Notes under the pieces: model-generated
The model's input: the letters and a program-made list of their open reading frames with translations, nothing else
Databases searched by the model: none
What the model was told of the DNA's origin: nothing
Translations under genes and position numbers: made by a program
DNA from: Vulcanimicrobiota bacterium
Lineage (GTDB): Bacteria; Vulcanimicrobiota; Vulcanimicrobiia; Eremiobacterales; Eremiobacteraceae
Assembly (NCBI GenBank): GCA_963812135.1
Contig: CAWETU010000005.1
Coordinates: forward strand, 256,001-320,000
Length of the DNA: 64,000 bases
Direction of reading: 5' to 3'
Shown: positions 10,363 through 20,001 of the stretch, in pieces
Layout of the letters: every line of letters begins with the position of its first letter
Numbering within the stretch: the stretch's first letter is position 1

Positions 10363-10482
10363 GATCTTTCTCCTCTGACGAAATAGTGCGGCGCGCGGGC
10401 CGACCAAACCAGCATACGATGTGCTGTCGCCAGTAAGGGTACTCGTTATCGAAACGCGTGCGGCTCGAGATGGTCGGGCCGT

Positions 10483-11562
10483 CTACACGTCCCATTCTTT
10501 CGGTGCCTGGTTCTCAGAGCCTGGGAACAACTCGACGAACTGTTTGATCGCGAAGCGATCGGTGAAGCCGGCGACGTAGTCGCATACGCGGCGCGCGAGC
10601 GAGTCCGCCACGAGCGGCGCTTCGTGATACATAGCGGGCAGTTGTTCTTGATGGCTCATGTAATGACGGAACAGCCGTTTCACGACGTTTTGAGCTTTGG
10701 GCTCTTCGCGCTTGGCTGCGTCATTGAAGTAGACTGTGGCGAACATGAACTCCTTTATCGTCTCGACCGCTTCGAGCACCGGCTCGGAGAGCTTGATCTC
10801 GTTCTTGCCGCGGCACTGATAGACCATGTCTTCGACGACCGTGCCGATGCGGATCGGGCCACGATGTCCCAGCACCGAGATGGCTTTGGCGGGCAGATCC
10901 CGCTCGCTGATGATGCCCGCGCGGATGGCGTCATCGATGTCGTGATTGATGTACGCAAGCCGATCCGCATACCGCACGATCTGGCCTTCCAGCGTGAACG
11001 GGATGTCGGTGTATCCCGCCAGCGCGCCTTTGTGCTTGCTGTGCTTGGCGATGCCGTCGCGCACCTCGTCGGTGAGGTTCAACCCGACCTTGTCGCCGCG
11101 CCGCTCGAGCACTTCGACCACACGCAAGCTTTGCTGCGAGTGGATGAACCGCGCGCCAGGTTCGAATTCGGCCCACACCTGGGTGAGCGCAGCCTCACCC
11201 GTGTGGCCGAACGGCGAGTGCCCCAGATCGTGCCCGAGCGCGATGGCTTCGGCGAGATCCTCGTTGAGGTTGAGGCCGCGCGCGATCGAGCGTGAGATCT
11301 GCATGACCTCGAGCGTATGCGTCATGCGCGTGCGGTAGTGGTCGCCGAGCGGTGATAAGAAGACCTGCGTCTTGTGCATCAGCCGCCGGAACGCTTTGGA
11401 ATGGATGATGCGGTCGCGGTCGCGCTGGAAGCACGTGCGCAGCAAGTCGTCGGGTTCGGGCACCAGCCGGCCGCGCGAGTTCTTCGCGAGCGCGGCATGC
11501 GGCGAAAGCATCGCGGCCTCGCGGGCCTCGAGCTCTTCGCGGATCGAGAGTGTTTGGCTCAT
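10483..11562 (-). CDS. dgt: dGTP triphosphohydrolase-like HD protein
   Basis: FQRDRDRIIHSKAFRRLMHKTQV, RTRMTHTLEV, HDLGHSPFGH. Confidence 0.95.
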   Translation of the reverse strand: MSQTLSIREELEAREAAMLSPHAALAKNSRGRLVPEPDDLLRTCFQRDRDRIIHSKAFRRLMHKTQVFLSPLGDHYRTRMTHTLEVMQISRSIARGLNLNEDLAEAIALGHDLGHSPFGHTGEAALTQVWAEFEPGARFIHSQQSLRVVEVLERRGDKVGLNLTDEVRDGIAKHSKHKGALAGYTDIPFTLEGQIVRYADRLAYINHDIDDAIRAGIISERDLPAKAISVLGHRGPIRIGTVVEDMVYQCRGKNEIKLSEPVLEAVETIKEFMFATVYFNDAAKREEPKAQNVVKRLFRHYMSHQEQLPAMYHEAPLVADSLARRVCDYVAGFTDRFAIKQFVELFPGSENQAPKEWDV

Positions 11563-11598
11563 GCCCTATCAATCACGCCGGAGGCGGCGGGCGACCAG

Positions 11599-14526
11599 TT
11601 AATCCTGATCGACCTTCTTCGAACCGGCCGCGGCTTCCGCCGCACGCTCTTTGAGGACCGATTGCGCTGCCGCCAGCCGGGCTACCGGCACGCGGAAAGG
11701 CGAGCACGAGACGTAGTCCAGGCCGAGCTTGTGGCAGAACTCCACCGAGGTGGGGTCGCCGCCGTGCTCGCCGCAGATGCCGATCTTTATCTCCGGCCGC
11801 GTGGTGCGGCCGCGTTCCATGGCCATGCGCATGAACTCGCCGACGCCGTCCTGGTCGATGACCTGGAACGGATCCTCGCGCAGGATCTTCTTCTCGAGAT
11901 AGACCGGGATGAACGAGCCTTCGGCATCGTCGCGCGAGTAGCCGAACACCAGCTGCGTGAGGTCGTTGGTGCCGAACGAGAAGAACTCGGCGTGCTCGGC
12001 GATGCGATGCGCCACCATGCACGCGCGGGGCATCTCGATCATCGTGCCCACCTGATAGTTCACGCGCGAGCCGGCCGCTTTGATGATGCGTTCGGCTTCT
12101 GCCGTGACGAGATCGCGTAAGGCCTTCATCTCCGTGACCGTGCCGACGCCGGGGATCATGATGAGCGGGCGCACGTCGACGCGTTCCTTTTTCAGTTCGG
12201 TGGCGGCTTCCATGATCGCGCGGACCTGCATCTGATAGATCTCAGGAAAGACGATGCCGAGGCGGCAGACGCGTAGGCCCAGCATCGGGTTCTCTTCGTG
12301 CAGCACGCGCACGCGCCGCAGCAGCCGTTCCTTGTTCGAGAGGTCGGCCGGGTCGGCTTTGGGATTGAGACGCAGCTCCGTCACTTCGACGAGCAGATCT
12401 TCAAGGCTCGGCAAGAACTCGTGCAGCGGCGGATCGAGCAGCCGGATGGTGACCGGCAGGCCTTTCATCGCCCGCAGGATACCGCGGAAGTCTTCGCGCT
12501 GCATGGGCAGCAGCTGCTCCAAGCATTTGCGACGCGAGTCCGGCGTTTCGGCCATGATCATCTCTTGGACGACCGGCAAACGCTCTTGTTCCATGAACAT
12601 GTGCTCGGTGCGGCACAGACCGATGCCCTCAGCGCCGAAGTCGCGCGCTTTCTTCGCGTCTTCGGGCGTGTCGGCGTTCGCGTACACGCCCAGGCGGCGA
12701 TACTCGTCGGCCCACTTGAGGATATGCTCGAACTGCGGCGTCAGTTTTGCCGCGGCCATCTGCATCATGCCGCGATAGACGTTGCCGGTCGTGCCGTCAA
12801 TCGTCAGCTCATCGCCTTCCTTGACGACTTCGCCTTTGACCGTGAACTGGCGCGCGCGCAAGTCGATGAGCATGCTCTCGGCGCCGACCACCGCCGGCTT
12901 GCCCATGCCGCGCGCGACGACTGCCGCGTGCGACGTGGCCCCGCCCTGCGACGTCAGGATGCCTTCGGATGCGATCATGCCGTGCACGTCGTCGGGCGTC
13001 GTCATCGGCCGCACCAGGATCGTCTTCTTGTTCTGACGCTTCATCTCGACCGCGTCGTCGGGATCGAAGACGACGGTGCCGGCCGCCGCGCCCGGGGCTG
13101 CGTTGAGGCCCTTGACGAGGATCGGCGACTTATGCTTCTCGTCGATTTGCACGTGGAGCAGCGCGGCGATCGCCGCGGGCTCGATGCGCATGAGCGCCTC
13201 TTCGCGGCTGATGTGACGCTCTTTGACCATGTCCGCAGCGACTTGCACTGCCGCAGCGGCGCTGCGCTTGCCCGAACGCGTCTGCAAGATGTACAGTTTG
13301 CCGCGCTCGATCGTGAACTCGATGTCCTGCATGTCGCGGTAGTGCTTCTCGAGCTTGTCCGCGACGTCGAGGAACTGCTTGTAGATCTTCGGCTGCTGTT
13401 TCTCGAGCTCGGAGATCTTCACCGGCGTGCGCGAGCCGGAGACGACGTCCTCGCCCTGCGCGTTTTGCAAGTACTCGCCGTAGAGCTTCTTCTGACCGGT
13501 CGACGGATCGCGGGTGAACGCCACACCGGTGCCCGAGTCGGTGCCCATGTTGCCGAACACCATGGTCACGACGTTGACCGCCGTGCCCCACCAGTCCGGA
13601 TAGTGCGAATGCTTGCGATAATCGATCGCGCGCTTGGAGTTCCACGAGTTGAAGACCGCTTCGACCGCCATGCGCAGCTGGATGAAGACGTCTTCCGGAA
13701 AATCTTTCTTGGTGTAGTGGCGCACGAGCGCCTTGTATTCGCTCGTCATGTTGCGGAAGGCGAGCGCGGTGAGATCTGACTCGGACGGCACGCGCGCCTT
13801 TGCGACGTAGCGCTTGAGCACTTCCTCGAACGGTTCTTTCTTCATGCCGAGCACGACGGTCGCGAACATCTGGACGAAGCGCCGGTACGCATCCCATGCG
13901 AACTTGTCGTTCTTGGTCAGCACGACGAGCGCGTTGCACGTGCGATTGTTCAGGCCGAGGTTGAGGACGGTGTCCATCATGCCCGGCATGGAGACGCGCG
14001 CGCCGGAGCGCACGGAGACGAGCAGCGGATTGACTTCGCCGCCGAATTCTTTGCCGGTCTTGCGCTCGAGCTCAGCGACGCGGCGGTGGATCTCTTCCTC
14101 AAGGCCGTTGGGGAACTGGCGGCCGAGTTCGAAGTAACGTCTGCAGACTTCGGTGGTGACGGTGAAGCCCGGTGGCACGGGCAATCCGATGCGCGTCATC
14201 TCGCCAAGGCCGGCACCCTTACCGCCGAGGAGGTCGCGCATGTCGGCGCCGCCCTCTTCGAACGAATAGGTCAGTTTGCCGAGGTGCAGCTTTGTGGGCG
14301 GCTCGGGTTTGCGCGAGGTCGCCTTGCGGGGCGGCGGCAGCGGTATGCGACGGACCGGATCGTCAGGCCCTATCTCGGCGAGGACGAGCCCCGCGAGACC
14401 GTCCGGCTTGGTCTTGCCTTTGACCTTGCCGTTGGTCTTGGCGGGCTTGACCCCGGCTTTGCCGTGCGCAGGAGGCTTGAGCGCCTTTTTGGCGGGCTTG
14501 GCGTGCTTGTTCTTGGTCGACTTCAC
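11599..14526 (-). CDS. ppdK: Pyruvate, phosphate dikinase with Lys/Pro-rich N-terminal extension
   Basis: LLGGKGA, VSVRSGARVSMPGMMDT, GGATSHAAVVARG, GIGLCRTEHMF, FSFGTNDLTQ, GICGEHGG. Confidence 0.97.
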   Translation of the reverse strand: MKSTKNKHAKPAKKALKPPAHGKAGVKPAKTNGKVKGKTKPDGLAGLVLAEIGPDDPVRRIPLPPPRKATSRKPEPPTKLHLGKLTYSFEEGGADMRDLLGGKGAGLGEMTRIGLPVPPGFTVTTEVCRRYFELGRQFPNGLEEEIHRRVAELERKTGKEFGGEVNPLLVSVRSGARVSMPGMMDTVLNLGLNNRTCNALVVLTKNDKFAWDAYRRFVQMFATVVLGMKKEPFEEVLKRYVAKARVPSESDLTALAFRNMTSEYKALVRHYTKKDFPEDVFIQLRMAVEAVFNSWNSKRAIDYRKHSHYPDWWGTAVNVVTMVFGNMGTDSGTGVAFTRDPSTGQKKLYGEYLQNAQGEDVVSGSRTPVKISELEKQQPKIYKQFLDVADKLEKHYRDMQDIEFTIERGKLYILQTRSGKRSAAAAVQVAADMVKERHISREEALMRIEPAAIAALLHVQIDEKHKSPILVKGLNAAPGAAAGTVVFDPDDAVEMKRQNKKTILVRPMTTPDDVHGMIASEGILTSQGGATSHAAVVARGMGKPAVVGAESMLIDLRARQFTVKGEVVKEGDELTIDGTTGNVYRGMMQMAAAKLTPQFEHILKWADEYRRLGVYANADTPEDAKKARDFGAEGIGLCRTEHMFMEQERLPVVQEMIMAETPDSRRKCLEQLLPMQREDFRGILRAMKGLPVTIRLLDPPLHEFLPSLEDLLVEVTELRLNPKADPADLSNKERLLRRVRVLHEENPMLGLRVCRLGIVFPEIYQMQVRAIMEAATELKKERVDVRPLIMIPGVGTVTEMKALRDLVTAEAERIIKAAGSRVNYQVGTMIEMPRACMVAHRIAEHAEFFSFGTNDLTQLVFGYSRDDAEGSFIPVYLEKKILREDPFQVIDQDGVGEFMRMAMERGRTTRPEIKIGICGEHGGDPTSVEFCHKLGLDYVSCSPFRVPVARLAAAQSVLKERAAEAAAGSKKVDQD

Positions 14527-14702
14527 AGACCGCGTTCTCCCAGCTCCGAGCGTTGTGGAATAGGCTCAGATGAACGAACGAGCCGGGTGAAAATGGACGA
14601 AAATGGCTCGCTTAGCTATTCTTTGACGCGGGACACTTCGAGTCCCGCCTAGGGCCGCGCGCGGCAAGCACATAATTGCGCTTCCGGCATGAAAGCGAGT
14701 GG

Positions 14703-15119
14703 ATGATCTTGATCGTCTCACGGATATTTCGTGGCCGCGCAACGGTAATGTCGCTTGCGGCGGTCCTCGTCGCTTGTTGTACGTTCGCATGCAGTTCCTC
14801 CGCGACCGCACCGCTCGGGCAGGTGGTCGCCACGCCGAACAGCATCGCCTTCACATGCCTCTCGGCGACGATGACGTTCACTGTGTCTCAACAGAACTAC
14901 TCAGGCTCGTTCACGGCAGTAAGCAACGACAACACGGTAGCGACCGTCGCGGCCGGTACGCAACCGAATTCGTTCGTGGTCACCTCGCAAGAGGGTGCCG
15001 GTCAAACGACCACCATCACTGTGACGGGCGGCGGTAACATGACGACGTCGGTCATGGTGACGGATCCGACGTGCGTCTGCCGGCGCCATCACGACATGTG
15101 GGCCAGCATCGCTCGATAG
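14703..15119 (+). CDS. Putative lipoprotein with Thr/Val-rich Ig-like fold
   Basis: Lipobox-like TFAC, beta-rich SNDNTVATV...TTTITVT, C-terminal CVCRRHH. Confidence 0.6.
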   Translation: MILIVSRIFRGRATVMSLAAVLVACCTFACSSSATAPLGQVVATPNSIAFTCLSATMTFTVSQQNYSGSFTAVSNDNTVATVAAGTQPNSFVVTSQEGAGQTTTITVTGGGNMTTSVMVTDPTCVCRRHHDMWASIAR

Positions 15120-15124
15120 ACGAA

Positions 15125-15859
15125 CTACATCGGGTGCGCGGGCCGGTGAATGTGCGCGGTCGGTTTGACCAGCGGATCCGAATCGTTGAACGCGCCCTTG
15201 GGGTTCGGCACGAGCCACATGCTCGCGATCCAGATCTCCGGCAATTGAAAGATCGCAACGACGTCGGCGGGTTTTCGGGCGATCCCCAAAAGCACCAGCG
15301 GCTGCGCCGTCGGATGCGCAGGGTCGCCGCCGTTCGCCCGATAGGTCGGATTGAGCAGCGATCCGTAGCGCATCGTGCCGTCCGGTTCTTTCACGACGTA
15401 ATGCATGTGCGCGATGAAATGCACCCATCGCCCGGGTTGCAGTCCCCAGATGTCCGGACGCTTGCTCCGGTCGGCGACCGCCATCGTGTAGTCCGTTCCG
15501 ATCAGTCGACCGTGCGCGTCGTACCAGAGCTGCGCCGGATGGCTCGGATCATCGGTGAACCAGTGAAGATCTGTGAACGAGATGATTCCATCTTGATCCT
15601 CATCAGTGTAGCGGATGTAACCGGCCGCGCGGGCTGCGCTCTCGTCTGCGAAGCGCGCGTGCAAATCCGGCGTGACCCGCGCGAGGAACTTGCCCTCCGC
15701 CGCGTCCGGGACCGGTGGCAACATCGGTTGCGCCATCGGCATGCTCATCGCGGGAGCCGGCGCCGCGGCCGGCGGCGGCGTGTTTGTTTGACGCGAGCAT
15801 GCGACTGTGCTGAGACTGATGAGCGCGATACCCGCTAGTGCGCGCAGACGGGATCTCAC
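15125..15859 (-). CDS. Hypothetical lipoprotein, possibly metal-binding
   Basis: Lipobox TVAC, Met-rich MSMPMAQPM linker, WVHFIAHMHY His cluster; ATGA overlap with glyQS. Confidence 0.7.
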   Translation of the reverse strand: MRSRLRALAGIALISLSTVACSRQTNTPPPAAAPAPAMSMPMAQPMLPPVPDAAEGKFLARVTPDLHARFADESAARAAGYIRYTDEDQDGIISFTDLHWFTDDPSHPAQLWYDAHGRLIGTDYTMAVADRSKRPDIWGLQPGRWVHFIAHMHYVVKEPDGTMRYGSLLNPTYRANGGDPAHPTAQPLVLLGIARKPADVVAIFQLPEIWIASMWLVPNPKGAFNDSDPLVKPTAHIHRPAHPM

Positions 15860-17169
15860 TGCAGCCGTTCGCTCAAATACGGCGCCAGCTGATCGATCGC
15901 CACGCGCACTTGCTGTTTCGTGTCGCGATCGCGCACCGTCACGTCTTTCTTTTCGAGGCTCTCGTAGTCGACGGTCACGCAGTACGGCGTGCCGATCTCG
16001 TCCTGGCGGTAGTAGCGCTTGCCGACGTTGCCTGAGTCGTCAAACGTCGTTCGCATATGCGGGCGCAAGCTTTTCTCGATGCTCGACGCGAGTTCGACGA
16101 TGTCGGGCTTGTTGCGCACGAGCGGAAACACCGCGACTTTGTACGGCGCCAAGCGCGGGTGCAAGTGGAGCACGGTGCGATCCGCTTCCTTCTCATAGGC
16201 GTCGATCAGGAAGACGAGCAGCGCGCGGTCGACCCCAAGCGCCGGCTCGACCACCGCGGGCAGATATTTGGCCTTTGTCTCCTCGTCGAAGTACGAGAGG
16301 TCTTTACCGCTCGCGTTGACGTGTTGGGTCAGGTCGAAACTGCCGCGATGCGCGATGCCCTCGAGCTCGCCCCAGCCGAACGGATAATCGTACTCGAGAT
16401 CGGTGGTGGCGCTGCTGTAGTGCGCCAGGTCGGCGCCGCTGTATTCGTGTTTGCGCAGGCGATCGCGCTGAACCCCGAGCGACAGCCACCATTGATAGCG
16501 CTGCTCGACCCAGTAGCGGTACCAGCGCAGTCCTTCTTCGGCGTTTTCCGACGGCACGAAATACTCGAGCTCCATCAATTCGAACTCGCGCGAGCGGAAG
16601 ATGAAATTGCCGGGCGTGATCTCATTGCGGAACGCCTTGCCGATCTGCGCGATGCCGAAGGGGGGCTTCTTGCGCGCGGTTTGATACGCGAGCTTGAAGT
16701 CGACGAACATGCCCTGCGCGGTCTCGGGCCGCAAGTACGCTTCGGACGACGCGTCCGACATCGCGCCGACGAACGTCTTGAACATCAGGTTGAACGCGCG
16801 CGGCTCCGTGAGCGTCTTGTTTCCGCAAGCTGGGCACTGATCGCCGCTGATCTGGTCGGCGCGAAAGCGCTTCTTGCACGTCTTGCAGTCCACCATGAGG
16901 TCGGTGAAGTTCTCGACGTGGCCCGATGCGCGCCACACGTCAGGGTGCATGATAATGGAAGACTCGAGGCCCACCACGTCGTCGCGCAGCGCCACCATCT
17001 CGCGCCACCACGCCTCACGCACGTTGCGCTTGAGCTCCGTGCCGACGGGGCCGTAGTCCCACATCCCGTTGATGCCACCGTAGATCTCGCTCGACGGAAA
17101 AATAAAACCGCGGCGCTTTGCAAGCGCCGTGATCTCATCCATGGTTGGTTTTGGCCGGGGCGGACTCAT
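15856..17169 (-). CDS. glyQS: Glycine--tRNA ligase, homodimeric type
   Basis: KRRGFIFPSSEIYGG, YLRPETAQG, GKAFRNEITP, FRSREFE and anticodon-domain GKRYYRQDEIGTP. Confidence 0.97.
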   Translation of the reverse strand: MSPPRPKPTMDEITALAKRRGFIFPSSEIYGGINGMWDYGPVGTELKRNVREAWWREMVALRDDVVGLESSIIMHPDVWRASGHVENFTDLMVDCKTCKKRFRADQISGDQCPACGNKTLTEPRAFNLMFKTFVGAMSDASSEAYLRPETAQGMFVDFKLAYQTARKKPPFGIAQIGKAFRNEITPGNFIFRSREFELMELEYFVPSENAEEGLRWYRYWVEQRYQWWLSLGVQRDRLRKHEYSGADLAHYSSATTDLEYDYPFGWGELEGIAHRGSFDLTQHVNASGKDLSYFDEETKAKYLPAVVEPALGVDRALLVFLIDAYEKEADRTVLHLHPRLAPYKVAVFPLVRNKPDIVELASSIEKSLRPHMRTTFDDSGNVGKRYYRQDEIGTPYCVTVDYESLEKKDVTVRDRDTKQQVRVAIDQLAPYLSERLQ

Positions 17170-17212
17170 CGTCGGCCCGTTTCGCACTTGCCGCAGCGAT
17201 ATCCGCCGTCGA

Positions 17213-17238
17213 CGGTCGAATAAATCCGACCGCTACAT
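17213..17238 (-). repeat. GTAG-type REP-like palindrome, copy 2 (its GTAG supplies the TAG stop of the upstream gene)
   Basis: Minus strand atGTAGCGGTCGGATTTATTCGACCG. Confidence 0.9.
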
Positions 17239-17757
17239 GCTCGTCTGCGTCAACTCCTTGACGAACGGCTCGGCGGCCGCGTGGCGATAGCGATACGGAT
17301 CGGGCGCGGCCGCCGGCAGCGCCTGATCCGCGCCCGCCGCCGCATCATATGCGCGCTTGAATTTCGGCCCGGCCTCGCCGGTATCCATGACCGCCATCAC
17401 GTACGCGCGCAGCAGCGCGTGTTCATACCCCTTCGACTTCGTCTCTGCGACGGTCCACACAACCGGCCTGAACGGCTGCTGGCGGTTCGCGCCGACGCCC
17501 ACGTAGTACACGAGCGGATCCCACGCGGGCATCGCCGAGGCGGGTCGCGTTTCGAGCAGAATCGATCCTTGATTCTGTTTGAGCTCCTCGAGCACCACTG
17601 CCATCAGCGTGACGACGTCGACGCGATTGAATTGCTCGGGAGCCGGTGTGACGGTCGCGCTCGGCGCGGGCGTCGCGTCGGCGGCGAATGCGGGCATCGC
17701 GAACAGCGCACACGAGAGGAGCGCGCCCATCCCCACCACCCAGCGCGCGCTCGGCAT
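17233..17757 (-). CDS. Hypothetical exported protein
   Basis: Signal peptide ending AMPAFA and PAPSATVTP linker; sits within the operon directly after natB. Confidence 0.65.
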   Translation of the reverse strand: MPSARWVVGMGALLSCALFAMPAFAADATPAPSATVTPAPEQFNRVDVVTLMAVVLEELKQNQGSILLETRPASAMPAWDPLVYYVGVGANRQQPFRPVVWTVAETKSKGYEHALLRAYVMAVMDTGEAGPKFKRAYDAAAGADQALPAAAPDPYRYRHAAAEPFVKELTQTSM

Positions 17758-17762
17758 CGCTG

Positions 17763-19091
17763 TTACGTAGGCGCTCGAAGTGCGCGCCACATATCGATGA
17801 TCTTTGGTGGCTTGCCATACATGAGCACACCGACTCGATACAGTTTGCCCGCCATGAGCGTGAGCGCCCAGATCGCCACGAGCGAGAGTCCGATGGACAC
17901 GGCGATCTGCCATGCCGGCACGCTTGACGTGGCGACGCGCGTGAACATGACCATCGGACTGATGAGCGGGATCATCGAGGACCAGATGATCAGCGGCTTG
18001 TCTGGATCGCCCATCAGCGCGACGAGCGCGACGATGTAGGCGGCGATGATCGGGATCATCGCGATGCCATTGAGCTGCTGCACGTCCTCCGATTTGCTGC
18101 ACAACGCGCCGATGCCCGCGAACAGCGCGGCATACGAGAAGAACCCGATGAGGAAGAACGCGACGAGATAGATCAGCGTCGACACCGGCAGCGAGCCGGC
18201 CATCAACGATTGCATCCCCGCAGCGGCGGAACTCGAGCCTGCCATGCCGCCTTGCGCTGCGGCTGCCTGGTGCGCGAGCGCGGTCGCTTCGGTCGGCGAC
18301 ATCGTGCTGGCGATGATCAACACGAGGACGATGGCCGCGCCAGCGGCACCGAGCGCGAAAATCACCATCTGCGTCAGCGCGAGGGCGCCGATGCCGAAGA
18401 TCTTGCCGGCCAACAGCTGCGCAGGGCGCACGGCGCCGATCATCACCTCCATGACGCGGTTTGATTTCTCTTCGATCACCCCCTGAGCCACCTGCACGCC
18501 ATACAGAATGGTCGCGCCGTAGAGCAGGATGAGCAGGACGTAGACGAGGCCGCCCGCGAGTTTCTCTTCACCCTCCGACTTGTATCGTTCGTTCAACGCG
18601 ATCGTCTTGAACGGGAAGTCGAGCGCGCGCTTGGCTGAACTTGCCGTCGAACCGGCGAGATCTGCATTGATCGCGACCGGCACGAGTTGGGCGCGCAAAC
18701 TCCGCGTTTCTTCGAGCAAGCTGGCCTGACGTGGGTAAAACGCGAACGCCAGTCCTTGAGGCGTGCGATAGGCGACGAGCGCCGCATCGTATTTCTTGGA
18801 CTTCACCTGATCGGCGATCGCGGGCGGCAAGGTCGCATCGACCGCCTTTGCTTTGGAGATCGTCACCTCGTAACCGCCGCCGATCGCGCTCGCGATGGCT
18901 TGCGCCACCTTCTGATCGGGTGCGACAACGACCAACTTGTGCGAGAAGTTGTTCCCCAACCACCTGCCCGCGAGCGGCAACAGCGCGAGCGCGAACATGC
19001 CGGCCACGATCAGCAGCGTGCCGATGATAAAGCTGCGGCTCTTTATCCGCTCGATGAACTCTCGTCTGATGATGATCCCGGTCGTGCTCAC
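17763..19091 (-). CDS. ABC-2 type permease (NatB/YhaP-like)
   Basis: REFIERIKSRSF, VIEEKSNRVMEV, LLAGKIFG, PLISPMVMFTR, KLYRVGVLMYG. Confidence 0.9.
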   Translation of the reverse strand: MSTTGIIIRREFIERIKSRSFIIGTLLIVAGMFALALLPLAGRWLGNNFSHKLVVVAPDQKVAQAIASAIGGGYEVTISKAKAVDATLPPAIADQVKSKKYDAALVAYRTPQGLAFAFYPRQASLLEETRSLRAQLVPVAINADLAGSTASSAKRALDFPFKTIALNERYKSEGEEKLAGGLVYVLLILLYGATILYGVQVAQGVIEEKSNRVMEVMIGAVRPAQLLAGKIFGIGALALTQMVIFALGAAGAAIVLVLIIASTMSPTEATALAHQAAAAQGGMAGSSSAAAGMQSLMAGSLPVSTLIYLVAFFLIGFFSYAALFAGIGALCSKSEDVQQLNGIAMIPIIAAYIVALVALMGDPDKPLIIWSSMIPLISPMVMFTRVATSSVPAWQIAVSIGLSLVAIWALTLMAGKLYRVGVLMYGKPPKIIDMWRALRAPT

Positions 19092-19990
19092 GCCGCGTGC
19101 TCCTCAGGTTGGACATAGTGAAGGTAGATGTCGTTGAGGCTCGGCTCGACGATCTCGAAATGGTCGACCGGCCCGGCCGCGATCGCGGCGCGCAGCAACT
19201 GGGCAGGCGATACGTCCGGCGGCGCCTTGATATTGACGAACCCGTTTTCTGAGGGACGCGCGCTCGCACCGGGAAAGCGGTCGATGAAGCTAAGATCGGG
19301 GATCGCCGTCATGCGGATGAACCGGTCGGGCCACGTCTGTTTGATCTGCGCCAAATTGCCGCTGACGACCGCACGCGAGCGGTCGATGATGCAGATATCG
19401 CTCGTGAGCTCTTCGACCTGCTCCATGCGATGGCTCGAGAGCAAGACGGCGGTGCCGGCCCGCTCGAGATCGCGAATGGCGCCCTTGAGTATCTCGACGT
19501 TGATCGGATCGAAACCCGAGAACGGCTCGTCCAGGACCAGCACCGGCGGTCGGTGCACGACCGCGGCGATGAACTGCACCTTTTGCTGATTGCCCTTCGA
19601 CAGCTCGTTGGGCTTCTTGCCGAGATTTTCCGTGAGCTTGAACGATTCGGAGAGCTCGGCGATGCGCCGTTTCGCGTCGGGAGTCTCCATGCCGTGCAGC
19701 CGGGCGAAATACAGCAGTTGATCCGAGATCTTCATCTGCGGATAGAGGCCGCGTTCCTCAGGCAGATAGCCGAACGTGCGACGGATGTCCGCGTCGACAA
19801 TCTTGCCTTGCCAACGCACCTGGCCGCGGTCCGGCTGCAAGATGTCGAGCACCATGCGGATCGTGGTCGTCTTGCCCGCGCCGTTCGGCCCGAGCAGTCC
19901 GAAGACGGCGCCGGGTTTGGCGGTGAACGAAAGATCGGTGACCGCCTTGGTCGCGCCGAACGCCTTCGAGATGTTCTGGACTTCGAGCAA
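19088..19990 (-). CDS. ABC transporter ATP-binding protein (NatA/YhaQ-like)
   Basis: GPNGAGKTT, GYLPEERGLY, LSKGNQQKVQ, LDEPFSG; TTG start after GGAG. Confidence 0.9.
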   Translation of the reverse strand: MLEVQNISKAFGATKAVTDLSFTAKPGAVFGLLGPNGAGKTTTIRMVLDILQPDRGQVRWQGKIVDADIRRTFGYLPEERGLYPQMKISDQLLYFARLHGMETPDAKRRIAELSESFKLTENLGKKPNELSKGNQQKVQFIAAVVHRPPVLVLDEPFSGFDPINVEILKGAIRDLERAGTAVLLSSHRMEQVEELTSDICIIDRSRAVVSGNLAQIKQTWPDRFIRMTAIPDLSFIDRFPGASARPSENGFVNIKAPPDVSPAQLLRAAIAAGPVDHFEIVEPSLNDIYLHYVQPEEHAA

Positions 19991-20001
19991 CGTCGTCTCC
20001 G

